This document shows, piece after piece, positions 39,055 through 56,943 of a stretch of DNA of 64,000 nt. Made by a program: the position numbers and the translations under genes. This DNA is from the human T2T-CHM13v2.0 reference genome, Homo sapiens. How positions within the stretch are numbered: position 1 is the first letter of the stretch; each line of letters opens with the position of its first letter. The stretch lies in assembly GCF_009914755.1 (NCBI RefSeq), contig NC_060936.1. One strand, given 5' to 3'. The notes under the pieces were generated by a model that saw nothing but the letters and a program-made list of their open reading frames with translations, was not told the DNA's origin and made no database searches.

Positions 39055-39338
39055 TCTGAGACTGGCAGATCGCTCACTGTTGTGAATCACCAAAGGAGCT
39101 ATGGAGAGAATTAAAACTCAACATTACTGTTAACTGTGCGTTAAATAAGCAAATAAACAGTGGCTCATAAAAATAAAAGTCGCATTCCATATCTTTGGAT
39201 GGGCCTTTTAGAAACCTCATTGGCCAGCTCATAAAATGGAAGCAATTGCTCATGTTGGCCAAACATGGTGCACCGAGTGATTTCCATCTCTGGTAAAGTT
39301 ACACTTTTATTTCCTGTATGTTGTACAATCAAAACACA

Positions 39339-39368
39339 CTACTACCTCTTAAGTCCCAGTATACCTCA
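39339..39368 (+). promoter_or_regulatory. Paired let-7 sites: CTACTACCTC (39339-39348, pairs let-7 nt 2-11; also a miR-196 site) and TACCTCA (39362-39368)
   Basis: Two seed matches 20 nt apart, within the cooperative spacing range. Confidence 0.9.
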
Positions 39369-39798
39369 TTTTTCATACTGAAAAAAAAAGCTTGTGGCCA
39401 ATGGAACAGTAAGAACATCATAAAATTTTTATATATATAGTTTATTTTTGTGGGAGATAAATTTTATAGGACTGTTCTTTGCTGTTGTTGGTCGCAGCTA
39501 CATAAGACTGGACATTTAACTTTTCTACCATTTCTGCAAGTTAGGTATGTTTGCAGGAGAAAAGTATCAAGACGTTTAACTGCAGTTGACTTTCTCCCTG
39601 TTCCTTTGAGTGTCTTCTAACTTTATTCTTTGTTCTTTATGTAGAATTGCTGTCTATGATTGTACTTTGAATCGCTTGCTTGTTGAAAATATTTCTCTAG
39701 TGTATTATCACTGTCTGTTCTGCACAATAAACATAACAGCCTCTGTGATCCCCATGTGTTTTGATTCCTGCTCTTTGTTACAGTTCCATTAAATGAGT

Positions 39799-39804
39799 AA
39801 TAAA
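39799..39804 (+). terminator. Distal (major) HMGA2 poly(A) signal
   Basis: AATAAA followed by a downstream U/GU-rich tract (ttttgttg ~39847); gives the known ~3 kb UTR. Confidence 0.88.
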
Positions 39805-40794
39805 GTTTGGTCAAAACAGATCAAGGAGGGAGACACTCACAAGTCATTTTGTTGCACCCCTTGCACACATCTTGGCACACATGTACATAAAGTGTGTTTT
39901 ACATATCATACTCCTTCAATCAACTGCCCTGAGCTCGCCTTTCAGATTTTGACATTTAATTCTACAGAGACAATCTTAGAAGAAACATGAAGAACAAGCT
40001 GTAGCTCCAAACTACAGAATTTTTACTTCAGGCTAGCACCTACAAAGTTTGTAAGGGAAGTAACTAATGCACTAGTCGTCTTTGAAGTAACATTGGAAAG
40101 AGATCCGGAAGATTGATGAATAAGAAATGAAAGCCACGAAGAGTCTCCTAGATAGGAGCCTTTTAACTCTAAAAACTACTAGCAGAGTCAGAATGATTCT
40201 ACCAAGTTCAAGGTCAACTTGACACTTAAGTTGCTAATTATGAATAAATCTAGGATTTTTAAAAAGCTAAAACTTTCGGTTTTTACTATCACCGTTGTTA
40301 CTCAAATTTTCTTCATTTAGCTTCTTAGAAGGAGAAATTTGTTTCTAGGAAAAGCTTGCCAATTTTAAGACATCTACTGTCAGGAAATTTGTTAAACGTA
40401 TTATTTCATTCCTAAATTCATTCACTTATTCTCACAGCCAATATTCTGTGAGTACCTTACTGAGTTGTCCTGAAAAGTGGTTGCATCCTGAAGCCCCTGC
40501 CAATACCAAGGACAAATCACAGGCCCTCTCACAAAAAGCCTTTATGGTCACCATCAGAGAGGGAGAATGAGTTTCAACCAATGTAGCATTTCACATGGGA
40601 GCGTGGGGAGGGTATGTATCTTTTAATGGGCTGAGGATGCTCAACTCTCTGGTGAATTCAGGAATAGTAAATGGTTTAGGAGTCTAGGCAGAAATAAAAA
40701 TAGAATTTAGGAATGAATACCATCCAGCTAGGAGGCATATGAGGCAAACTCCAACTGTAACAAAACTTCAGAGAAGTGAAACATAAGAAGCCCA

Positions 40795-40970
40795 AGACCA
40801 GCACAGTGGCGCACTCCTATAGTTTCAGCTACTCAGGAGGCTAAAGCAGGAGGGTCACTTGAGTCCAGGAGTTGGAGGCTGCAGTACACTGTGATCACAC
40901 CTCTGAATAGCCACTGCACTTCAGTCTGAGCAACACAGCAAAACTCTGTTTCTCAAATTAAAAATAAAAA
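40795..40970 (+). mobile_element. FAM fossil Alu monomer
   Basis: gtgatcacacctctgaatagccactgcacttcag. Confidence 0.85.
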
Positions 40971-42136
40971 GCCCAAGGGCAGAGAGAAGACGGCAGATTT
41001 GATGCTCTTCTTTTCAAGTTAGTTTTATTTCTGTGAAATGACTTTTTATTGAGCAAGACTAATTTCTAGAGTTAGGTAAGGTCATTCTTGAGCAAGTACT
41101 CTTCAGATCTAGGAATTCTGGCCTAAAAGTGGACGAAAAGTTGAAAAGAATCAAAATTTTTTTGAAATACATAATTCAGATAGACAACAACCGGAGGGGG
41201 GAGTCAAAAGGCAACAACAGGGGTCTACACCCCTGGTCTGAGTTCAGCCGTCTGTAAAACTTGGCAATTTTTCTTCTGAAGTAGGAGGGAAATGGCTGCA
41301 GATATGACCCTCTCTCCTCCATCCTCAGCCTCTGTATTTGGGACTCCACCCAAGCTAAGCCAGTCATGCCTTGGTTCCACTCTCATACCAAGACCCAGTT
41401 GCGGCCCATGGGAAAATGCCTCATGTCAGTGAGCAATACTCCACTTTGTACCTAGTTTGCGATAGTTAGGTTCTTGTTTTTGCCTTTGAGCCTAACTCAA
41501 CACCTTGATGATCTGCCTCCACCCCATGAGTAAGCCCATCTCAGCCTTCCCAGGGCCCTAAATTCTTCCCCTGTACTGCCACCCACCCTAAGGTTGACCC
41601 CTTGTGACCTGTTAGTCCCATCTCCCTTTCTTCTATTCAATTACCTATTTTCTCACTCTTGGAAATTGCTTGTCCTGTGGCTTCCTTAGTCCTAGTTTAA
41701 GCATACATTCTTGAGGATGTGAAATAGCAACATTTGAGAATGCTGCACTGCCAGAACCCAGACTGTGGGGTATCCACCTTGAAAGAAACTTGCTATGTGA
41801 GGAAAATGGTAGACACAGATCTAGCTCTAGTAGTGTGCTGCTGCTGAGAATATAGAGAGGTTGGAGAAAAGAGGAGCCCTTTAACACACTGCCATGTTCT
41901 CCCCAAATCCTGGAGATCTCAAAAGCGTCAATGTCCTCCTAAGTCAGATCTCTAACTGATGTCTGCTGTTCCGCTGGGCACATTGGCCAGGTTTTAGAGG
42001 AACCTAAGGAACAGGAGCTGCCATTTAAGTGGCAATGCTCCAAGGGATGCAATGAAACAAAGAAAAAGTTGATATTAAAATACAGATAGTTTAGTCTAGT
42101 GCAGGCTAGCAGCTCCTGCCCTAGAAATGAATGGCT

Positions 42137-42605
42137 GTGTTAGCCAGGATCCCTTCAGTTGCACAAGACATAAACCCAATGCAGAATGGCTTAAGCCAAA
42201 CAAAACAAAACAAAACAAAATATGTAGTAGCTGATAAACTAGGAAGTCCAGGATGTGGATCTTTAGGTATGGCTTGATCCAGGGACCCAAGGATGTGGCC
42301 AGAACTATAGTCTGTGTATAACCTATAGTTCAGCTTTTCTCTATCTTGCCTTCATTCTTGGATAGGTTATCTTCTAGTGATGACAGGGTAGCTGCTGGAA
42401 GCCCCAGACCCACATCGTCTTGGTCTAGCAAACTCTGAAGAAAGATCCTTATTTTTTTCCAATATTTCTAACAAAATCTTGGAGTTGAATACTGTTGGGC
42501 CAATTTGGATCTCAGGCCAATCACTATAAAATCATTCTGGCCAGAAGTGGGTGGGAGTGGGGAGAAAACAGTGATTGGTTAGATCAGATGTGGGTCACAT
42601 GTCTG
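42137..42605 (-). mobile_element. Old MaLR LTR (MLT1-type)
   Basis: tgttagccagga..cagttgca..aaaccca..tggcttaagc..ggaagtccagg..aggtatggcttgatccaggg. Confidence 0.6.
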
Positions 42606-43039
42606 TCCCCAGAGCCAGTCCATAAAGGCGGACCTCAGTAAGTGAGAGGGAGGGAAGAGAGGAGGCCCAGCCCCAAGTGAAATATGAAATGAGAGACTCC
42701 CCAAAGACAAGCCCAAGCCTACATCCAGGAGAAGGGAAAACAGATACAGGAGACAGGAAGGATAGCAGCTGCCTGTTACAATGGCACAGCCAACAACTCT
42801 CACTTAACAGCCGGAAACTGAGGTGAGACAAATGTGAGCAAGGCTGAAGAATGTCACAGACTTTACCATGAACGTGAATGGAAATAAAATACCCTGCGAA
42901 TTGTTGGTCTGGCAGTGGACTTTGCAGGGGGATAAAGACACCTCATTTAGAGCCACTGAGAGTTTGCTGTTTCTTACCATGAAACAATTTAGCCTATCTT
43001 GACTGGGACAAGTAATGACAACTCTTTTTGCATCATCAG

Positions 43040-43240
43040 TTTTTTGCTTACAAACCACTTTCACAAATTTTCTTTCTTTTCATCTTCAGCACCATGGTGA
43101 GTAATATAGCAGGTATTATTATTATTTATTTTACAGATGGGTTAACTGAGGCTCAGAGAGCATAAGTGACTGACTTGGGAAGACAGCTAGTAAATGGCAA
43201 AGCCATAATGTAATCTCAGATCCCACACTCTCCTCTATAC
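43040..43240 (-). mobile_element. MIR
   Basis: ttttacagatgggttaactgaggctcagagag..aagtgact. Confidence 0.8.
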
Positions 43241-44406
43241 TGGTGTACACCCACAGAGTATTGCATGCAATTGCTGCTCAGGATGAACCTTCTCTTGGGT
43301 ACACATCCCTAACATAGTTAATCCTAGCTTCCCAAGCTTCAGTCAGATTTTCCAAAGTTATATTTTCAAAGGGAACACTGAAATAGCAGCACGCGCAGTC
43401 TCCAAGTCTTCAGTACTCTTCAGTTGGAATGATTCTGTTGCACTGTGGAACACCTAAACCTAGCTATTCATCCCATTTAGCAATCTAAGAATACATATCA
43501 AGAGACTATGAGCTCTATCGTGTTTAGGGGATTCTCGAAATTGCAGCAAATAAGCTGGCCGTAAGACTCAGAACATTCTGCAAAACCAGTAACGTTTAAG
43601 GTCCCATTCCTCTATCTTTAGTCCAGTCCTCAGATCTGTAGGCTTGTCGAAGTTCCCTGTGGCCTCGTCTCTGAAATCAGGCATTAGGTGGGCTGATACA
43701 TGGTAATTATTTATTACAACGGGATACATTTAGCCATAAAACAATTACGTTTAGCCTAATCCCAGCCAACTTAATCACGTCATGAAAAATAAAACCTATA
43801 TTTCAACCAGCTAATGAAAATGTGAAACTTATCTAAATCCATAAGATATATTGTACTGCCCGTCCAACTATTACAGAAGTCATCTTTACAAGAAAAGGTC
43901 CTCAAATATCTCGTGAATGTGTCTGCTTTCTCTTCGTCACCATTGCCACTACTACAGTTCAAGCACCACTGCATTTTTATGCTCCGTGTGCTCTTACCCA
44001 CTTCAATTTTTTCTCTATCCATAGCCAGTGTCATCTTTTGAACAACAGAAATCCAATCACAAAATTAATGGTCTCAGTAAAATTCAAAATCTTTCCTATG
44101 GCCCAAATGGCCTGACACAGTCTGGCTCCTTCTTCCTTTTTGAGCCCGAGCTCTCTCAGTCTTCCTTACTTTGTGCTCACTTGCCTTACAGTGGCTTGGA
44201 ATGTACCTTTCTCTTTCCAATAAACTTGAGCACTTTTTCCCAGGCTCTAGTATCCCCTGTTTGGAATTCTTTTCCTCCTCGGCCTCTCTTCCACTCTGGC
44301 CAACCTCCTCCTCAGTCTTCAGATCTCAGTTGAAATGTTGCTCCCTCTAGGGTAGCCTCTCTGCCTTCTTACTCCCCACTCTGACATACAGTGGGGTCCT
44401 CTAGTA

Positions 44407-44741
44407 CAAGGGTCGCCAGACCCCATTACCAAACCTTTACCAGTTTGTAGTTTGTGGCCTGTTAAGAACTGGTCTGCACAGCAGGAGGCGAGCGGCAGGC
44501 AAGGGAGCACTTCCACCCATGCTTCACCTCCTGTCAGATCAGCGGTGGCATTAGATTCTCACAGGAGCACAAACCCTATCATGAACTATGCATGCAAGGG
44601 ATCTAGGTTGTGCGTTCCTTATGAGAATCTAAGATGGAAGAGTTTCATCCAGAAACCATCCCTCACTCCCAACATCCCGGTCCGTGGAAAAGTTGTCTTC
44701 CATGAAACCAGTTCCTAGTGCCAAAAAGTTTGGAGACCCTG
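44407..44741. mobile_element. MER1B (hAT-Charlie) with degenerate 8-bp TSD ctctagta/ccctagtg
   Basis: cctcctgtcagatcagcggtggcattagattctca...catgaaaccagttcctagtgccaaaaag. Confidence 0.9.
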
Positions 44742-44759
44742 CCCTAGTGTATATTCTCT

Positions 44760-45160
44760 CTTTTTTCATTTGTATAATTTAAGAGGTACAAGTGCAATTT
44801 TGTTACATAGTGGTGAAGTCTGAGCTTTTAGTGTAGCCATCACCCGAATAATGTACATTTTACCCATTAGGTAGTTTCTCATCATCCACCCCCCACCCTT
44901 TATAGTCTCCTATGCCTATCATTCCACACTCTATGTTCACGTGTACACATTATTTAGCTCCCACTTATAAGTGAGAATATGTGGTATTTGACTTCCTATT
45001 TCTGAGTTGTTTCACTTAAAATAATGGCCTCAAGCTCCATTCATGTTAGTGCAAAAGACATGATTTCATTCTTTTTTATGGTTGTATATATACACTGCAT
45101 TTTCTTTAATCATCTGTTGATAGATGCTTCAGTTGATCCCATTTTTGCTATTGTTGAATA
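44760..45160 (-). mobile_element. L1MA-type 3' end, TSD tatattctct
   Basis: tttagctcccacttataagtgagaa...ttcacttaaaataatggcctc; TSD at 44750-44759 and 45187-45196. Confidence 0.88.
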
Positions 45161-45739
45161 CTGAATATATTCAAAAATATATTGAATATATTCTCTTGTA
45201 ACACCCTAGAATTCTCCCTGGTAGCAATTACTGCAGTTGTCATTAACCAATTGTGTGATGTGCCCCTGTGGAGCATGAGAGCTGGTCTGTCTTGCCACCT
45301 TTGTCTTTCTAGCACCTGGCACAGTGGTGGAACACAGTTGCTCTTCCAAAACTGCTTGAATGAAATGAACCATACCCAGTTTCCTCTGCACTTAGCAGAC
45401 AGATTCTTTCTAGCATCCTCTCACCTGGCCTTTTCCTAGAGCCCTCCTGTCCTTCAACACCCTATTTACCTTCACTCAGAACTTACTTTCCCTCCCCTGT
45501 GCAAAGCTCTGCACTCCAAGCCTCTCTCTGTTGCCACCCCATCACTTCTTCAACACAGCCAATGTAATCCCTCCTCTGCCCCATTTGTATGAGTTCAACT
45601 TTCTACCAGCATGTTCACCCTGAAAAAGTATCTGCTTAACAAATGAATTGACAACAGATGCTCCATAGACAAACACCTAACACAGTGTCTCAGGTATAGT
45701 GTGCCCTGGGAACAGAGAGTTGTTTCTCTGAACTACTCG

Positions 45740-46285
45740 GCATCTATTTTACCTCTGCTAACAGAAATTTTTTTTTCTTCAGGAGATTTCTCTCTTCACT
45801 CTCAGCCTGTAAGATTCAGCTGGAGCTGACATCCAATCCCTGGTGGCAGGGGAGGGTATGTGACTTAGTTCAGACCAGTGGATATATTTTGACCCTCTGA
45901 TTGGTTCAAACAGAGGCACACAACCCAAGGCAAGCCCATGATGTTTAATGTCACACTTTTCTGGGACTGGTAGGAAAGTCAGCCTTTCTCACTCTGGTAG
46001 ACTTGAAGCTGGTAGACTGCATGCCTGTAGCTTCTGAAGGAAGGGTGGTGAGGAGGAAGGCCTGTGGCCACAGCATTGGATGAGCTTGTCAGACAATGAA
46101 TCCAGCACAGAGGAAAGCAGAGACAAAATTTGGAGACAGACCAAGTGTTGAAGACATTATTTAAGCCACCGGATTTCTTTGTGCCTGGAGGTTTTCAGTT
46201 ACACGAGCTAATAAAGTTCCTTCTTTTCTTGAAGTTTGTCAGATTTGGGTTTCTCTCACTTTCACCCAGAAGAATCCTGATGACG
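45740..46285 (+). mobile_element. Old MaLR LTR (MLT1-type)
   Basis: tttcagttacacgagctaataaagttcc..tttgggtttctctcact..agaagaatcctga. Confidence 0.55.
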
Positions 46286-46796
46286 CCGTAAACTAAAGCA
46301 TCAATAAATACAGGAACGCAGTGAAAGTCGATAAAAATGACCTTCAGAAGACCCTATTCTAGCCATGGTTCTACAACTCTCAGAGGCTGAGACCTTGGAC
46401 AAACTCTGAGTTCCCATCTCCTTACCTATAGACTGAGCTTGGTGGTTGACCTTTATCTCCTTATCTATAGACTGACCTTTAATATTGTTTCTAGATTTAA
46501 AATTCTATAATTCTGTAATACTAAGATGTCCACAAAGCTTAAACACAACAGAACTAGTTCACAGAGGTGAGAATTTAGATTAAGAGCCTGTAGAGGAAAG
46601 AGTACTGAATCGAGGGACCTTTCAGGGTCTGCCATATCTCACGTGTGCACAGCTTCCTAGTATATTTCCAAGTTAGAGAAATGAGGAAACTCCTGGGCTG
46701 ATAACAGAACCTACTGAAGTTTGAAACCCACAAATAACAAAATAGCAACCCCATAGGCAGCAGTGGAGTTTCATGAGACAGCTTGTTTATTTCAGT

Positions 46797-46797
46797 A

Positions 46798-46835
<38 letters not shown>

Positions 46836-46915
46836 CACACACATATACATACACACACATATATACATGTAGATGTGTATATATGCATATATCCATATAT
46901 ATGCATATATATGTA
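46797..46915. repeat. (TG)n(TA)n(CA)n compound microsatellite
   Basis: Seen directly in the sequence. Confidence 0.95.
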
Positions 46916-47655
46916 TAATATTACTTTAAGTTACATATATGCAGGATATGTCTTTTCTTAAATTTAAGATAATACAAAGTCATTCATAATTAACCATATA
47001 TAGTAATAATAATAATAACAGTGATAACAATTAAAAATCCTAGCCAGAGACTAGTAAAGAAAGTAGAGCTAGTGAAGAAAGTAAATGAAACATCAGGTAT
47101 CATGACACATGGATCAGTGTAAGAAAATGTGCTATTATTCTGGTCATAATGGAAAACAAGATATAGATTTGTAACTGACATGGTTTCAGCTTTTAACTAA
47201 ATATTTCTCTGGAGCTCCATTTGAATCAAAAGGACATTCTGCATAGAAGTATTCTTCCTACAGAAGGAAGAACTGCCATATGGAAATGGACATTGAGCCA
47301 GAGTCTAATCTTACATCATTCAATGAAAATCCTCCTACAATCATGATTAATAGCATCCTGATTTATGCATTTTCCATTAGAGTTATGTTAACTGAAAATC
47401 TAGCTTCACACATAAAACCATCAAACTAGAATCATTCTCTATTTCTTCTTACTATTCATTTGTATATCCTTGAGTCCATTCCAAGGAATTCTTTTCTATT
47501 TGATTTGTTGTTTCTGAGCCTGTCACATAACTTGAAATAAAAAAATGAAATCTTGCCCAATTTCTCAATGATCACAGACAGTCACACCTCCTTAAACAAT
47601 TATCTTTCAACTAGCCTCAGATTAAAATTTTAGAACCACCTTTAAAATTTCTTTT

Positions 47656-49520
47656 CATGCCAATGTCCTGAATGGTATTGCCTAGGTTTTCTTCTAGGGT
47701 TTTTATTGTTTTAGGTCTTACGCTTAAGTCTTTAATTCATCTTGTGTTAATTTTTGTATAAGGTGTAAGGAAAGGGTCCAGTTTCAGTTTTCTGCATAAG
47801 GCTAGCCAGTTTTCCCAAAACCATTTGTTAAATAGGGAATCCTTTCCCCATTGCTTGTTTTTCCTATGTTTGCCAAAGATCAGATGATTGTAGATGTATG
47901 GCATTATATCTGAGTCCTCTGTTCTGTTCCATTGTTCTATATATCTGTTTTGGTACCAGTACCATGCTGTTTTGGTTACTGTAGTCTTGTAGTATAGTTT
48001 GAAGTCAGGTAGCATGATGCCTCCAGCTTTGTTCTTTTTGGTTAGGATTGTCTTGTCTATATGGGCTCTTTTTTGGTTCCATATGAAATTTAAAGTAGTT
48101 TTTTCTAATTCTGTGAAGAAAGTCAATGGTAGCTTGATAGGGATAGCATTGAATCTACAAATTACTTTGGGCAGTATGGCCATTTTCACGATCTTGATTC
48201 TTCCTATCTATGAGCATGGAATGTTTTTCCATTTGTTTGTGTCTTATTTCCTTCAGCAGTAGTTTGCAGTTCTCCTTGAAGAGGTCCTTCACATCCCTTA
48301 TAAGTTGTATTCCTAGGTATTTTATTCTCTTTGTAGCAATTGTGAATGGGTGTTCACTCATGATTTGGCTCTCTGTTTGTCTGTTATTGGTGTATAAGAA
48401 TGCTTGTGATCTTTGCACATTGATTTTGTATCCTGAGACTTTACTGAATTTGCTTATCAGCTTAAGGAGATTTTGGGCTGAGATGATGGGGTTTTCTAAA
48501 TATACAATCATGTCATAAAACACCAGAAGCAATGGCAACAAAAGCCAAAACTGACAAATGGGATCTAATTAAACTAAAGAGCTTATGTACAGCGAAAGAA
48601 ACTACCATCAGAGTGAACAGGCAACCTACAGAATGGGAGAAAATTTTTGCAATCTATCCATCTGACAAAGGGCTAATATCCAGAATCTACAAGGAACTAA
48701 AACAAATTTACAAGAAACAAACAACCCCATCAACAAGTGAGCAAAGGATAGGAACAGACACTTCTCAAAAGAAGATACTTACGCAGCCAACAAACATATG
48801 AAAAAAAGCTCATCATCACTGGTCATTAGAGAAATGCAAATGAAAACCACAATGAGATACCATCTCATGACAGTTAGGATGGCTATCATTAAAAAGTCAG
48901 GAAACAACAGATGCTGGAGAGGATGTGGAGAAATAGGAACGCTTTTACACTGTTGGTGGAAGTGTAAATTAGTTCAACCATTATGGAAGACAGTGTGGCG
49001 ATTCCTCAAGGATCTAGAACCAGAAATACCATTTGACTCAGCAATACCATTACTGGGTACATACCCAAAGGATTATAAATCATTCTACTATAAAGACACA
49101 TGCACACGTATGTTTGTTGTAGCACTGTTCACAACAGCAAAGACTTGGAACCAACCAAAATGCCAATCAATGATAGACTGGATAAAGGAAATGTGGCACA
49201 TATACACCATGGAATACTATGCAGCCATAAAAAAGGATGAGTTCATGTCCTTTGCAGGGACATGGATGAAGCTGGAAACCATCATTCTCAGCAAACTAAC
49301 ACAGGAACAGAAAACCAAGCACTGCATGTTCTCACTCATAAGTGGGAGTTGAACAATGAGAACACATGGACGCAGGGAGGGGAACATCACACACTGGGGC
49401 CTGTCAATGGGTGGGGGCCAGGGGAGGGATAGCATTAGAATTACATGTATACTTATGTAACGGACCTGCATGTTCTGCAAATGTATCCCAGAACTTAAAG
49501 TATAATAATAATAATAATAA
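47656..49520 (+). mobile_element. 5'-inverted, truncated L1PA (about PA7-like): 47656-48516 antisense, 48517-49520 sense
   Basis: ORF2 peptides on both strands; (TAA)n tail; TSD taaaatttc(t/c)ttt at 47643-47655 and 49521-49533. Confidence 0.93.
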
Positions 49521-49617
49521 TAAAATTTCCTTTAAAGTTTTTAATATCATTTGTGAGGGCATTCAGTGCATATTAGCTCTGGTCCAATGAAGAGAGATAG
49601 GAACTAAGCATGGAGGA

Positions 49618-50026
<409 letters not shown>

Positions 50027-50486
50027 TCATGAGTGACAAGGCAAGTTAACTTTTCAATGTGGTCTTTGTTAACTATTATTCAAAGGCTCTGAAGAAATAG
50101 GAAAATATAACAACTTTCCCTCACCTATTTGTCAAGCCATAAATAAGAGGCTAGGTTATAGCATGTGGCACCAACCATTCTGAAATCATCTTACTTTCTT
50201 CTTTCATGGGGCTGTAAAATTATATGGTGCATTCTCAATTTACTTAGGAAATGGCTGGAGGAAAAAAGCTTAGGAAATATTCATTTCCTATGGAACACAG
50301 GAAATCTGCATAACCTTCTCTCTATCTCTTTCCCTTAACTTTTGGGTTTAGGCCAATATTTTTTAACTCATTAGCCTTTAACTGAGCAGTTGTTTAACAC
50401 ATCTGAGGGTTGTTTAGGTTGTCATTTTTCACATAATCAGTGTGTGCAAACTAAAGTGGAACTGTACACAGTGACAGTGGCTTTCT

Positions 50487-50970
50487 TTCATTCATTCAAC
50501 ATGTTTACTGAGCACCTACTATGTTCCAGGCACTATGCCATGTATTGGAACTACCAAGAGAAATAGTCCGATCTCTGCACCCATGAAGAATAAAGTCCAG
50601 CAGGAGAAGCTGAAAACAAATGTCATGGTTGAGGGAATAGATACTCCATCTCCATAAAGTGATTCTTTCACATTGCATGCCTGTAACAAAGTATCTCATG
50701 TACGCTGTAAATGTATACACCTACTATGTACCCACAAAAATTCAAAATAAAAAAATTTAAAGAAAACAAACAGCAGTGATAATAGAGTATATGAAGGAAA
50801 ATGCCAGAGGGATGCACCCGGAACTGTGGGAGTTAGAGCATCCCCCATTTAGGTGGCGTCATTGTTGAGAATGGCATCTCTAAGGAAGGCACAGCTAAAC
50901 TGAACCTGAAAGATGAGAAGGAGTTAGCCAAGCAAAAAGGAAAAGGGAAGTGGAGGATGTTCCCAATAGA
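50487..50970 (-). mobile_element. L2 3' region with a short L1MA 3' end inserted (~50625-50765, + strand)
   Basis: cattcattcaacatgtttactgagcacctactatgttccaggcac; L1 end catgcctgtaacaaagtatctcatgtac...ctactatgtacccacaaaaat. Confidence 0.75.
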
Positions 50971-52097
50971 TCCATAATATAGTCTACACACCAGCACCAT
51001 GCAAACAAAAGAATTGTGCTAAAAAGATTTTTTAAAACAACTATCCATGTTTAAATTACATCACTGAAATAACTGAAGAATGAGTTGGCATGGTATCTGG
51101 TTCCGTGTGCTCTTGAACAACTAACTGGCGGATGACAATGTTCCAGCACAACTCCGGGCACAGATAGAGTGGCACGGATCAGAGCTGAGGCTCAGAAATG
51201 ACTGTCAGAAGCCATTTCATGTTGTGAAAATCTCATGAATTTCCTGAAACAGGTCATTTATACTCCAGATGAACAGACAGGAAGATAAATGTAGGAAGAA
51301 GGGTGGTGGGAAAGCAAGCAGAGGACACCAACAGATGTTTCCAAAAGAGTGTATACACAACTTTTCCTTCACTTTCTATAGCTCCTGTTGCAACAAATCC
51401 TGTTGACAAGCACTGTTGCAGTTCTACAAGAATGCCCTAGTAAATACAAATGATATTCTTAAAAGTATTGTATGATGCTTTTTCCTTGCATTTTAAGGAC
51501 ATGAATAGGCATATCAAATTCATACCTGTTATGAAGATTGATAAGCAGAATTTATCCAATTGAGTTTATGTTACTAAATATTTATATTTTTGGATTGAGT
51601 TTTTCTCTACTTTTAGGCTAAATCCAGAGGTTTTCAATCCATGCAAGATGACAACAGAGATATAATACATCCTTCAATAATCCACATAAAGCTTAGCACA
51701 ATGCCTGGCATGTAAGAAGTGTTCAATGCTCAATAAATGTTAGCTATTATTATTGTTGATATGACCTCTTTACAGAAAATAAACAGAAAATGTTTTCTGA
51801 GACATGTACACTCTTTTAAAATCAACAATACAAGCACATGATGAAAAAAACAAGTAGTTCACAAAATCTTATAATGAAAAACAATGGTGACTTGCTTCCT
51901 CCTGCCCACAGCCTCTCTTCTTATTCCTCAGACACAAATAATTGCCTTTCACTTTTTCAGCTGTTCCATCAGGTGTTTGCTTTCCTATTTTTAAATTATA
52001 GACTATACCTTTTTATTGATTAACTCATTCCAGGCATTATCAATTGACATCTTTCCATGGCAGATGAGGATTTAGGTCTCTTGCATCATTTCCTTTA

Positions 52098-52695
<598 letters not shown>

Positions 52696-52965
52696 TAACT
52701 TTGGGAATTTTCTGATGTTGTTTCTTTGATAAGCTCCATCAGGTCATTTAAGGACTTCTCTACACTGGTTATTCTAGTTAGCCATTCGTCTAATCCTTTT
52801 TCAAGGTTTTTAGCTTCATTGCCTTCATTTTCTCTCTTCTACTTTTTTGGATACCCTATTAATCAAATGTTGAACTTGCTGGTTTAATCCTCTACAATGC
52901 TTGGATTTTCTTTTCTATCTTTCTCTGTCTTTGAGTTTTTGTTCTATTCTCTGGGAGATTTTCTT

Positions 52966-56892
<3,927 letters not shown>

Positions 56893-56893
56893 A

Positions 56894-56895
<2 letters not shown>

Positions 56896-56943
<48 letters not shown>

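Larger units (their letters stand above)
36822..39820 (+). other. HMGA2: HMGA2 3'UTR (~3.0 kb)
   Basis: Runs from the stop codon to just after AATAAA 39799-39804; no recognisable interspersed repeats; AU-rich; multiple let-7 sites. Confidence 0.93.
43890..45365 (+). mobile_element. L2 fragment interrupted by MER1B and an L1MA piece
   Basis: L2-like pyrimidine-rich body 43890-44400; L2 3' end ctagcacctggcacagtgg...ttgaatgaaatga at ~45200-45365. Confidence 0.6.

Noticed and set aside
39022-39060. Hairpin as a novel let-7-like pre-miRNA
   Set aside because: A 12-bp stem over 39 nt is far shorter than the ~33-35 bp Drosha substrate, and identity to let-7/miR-196 ends after ~11 nt.
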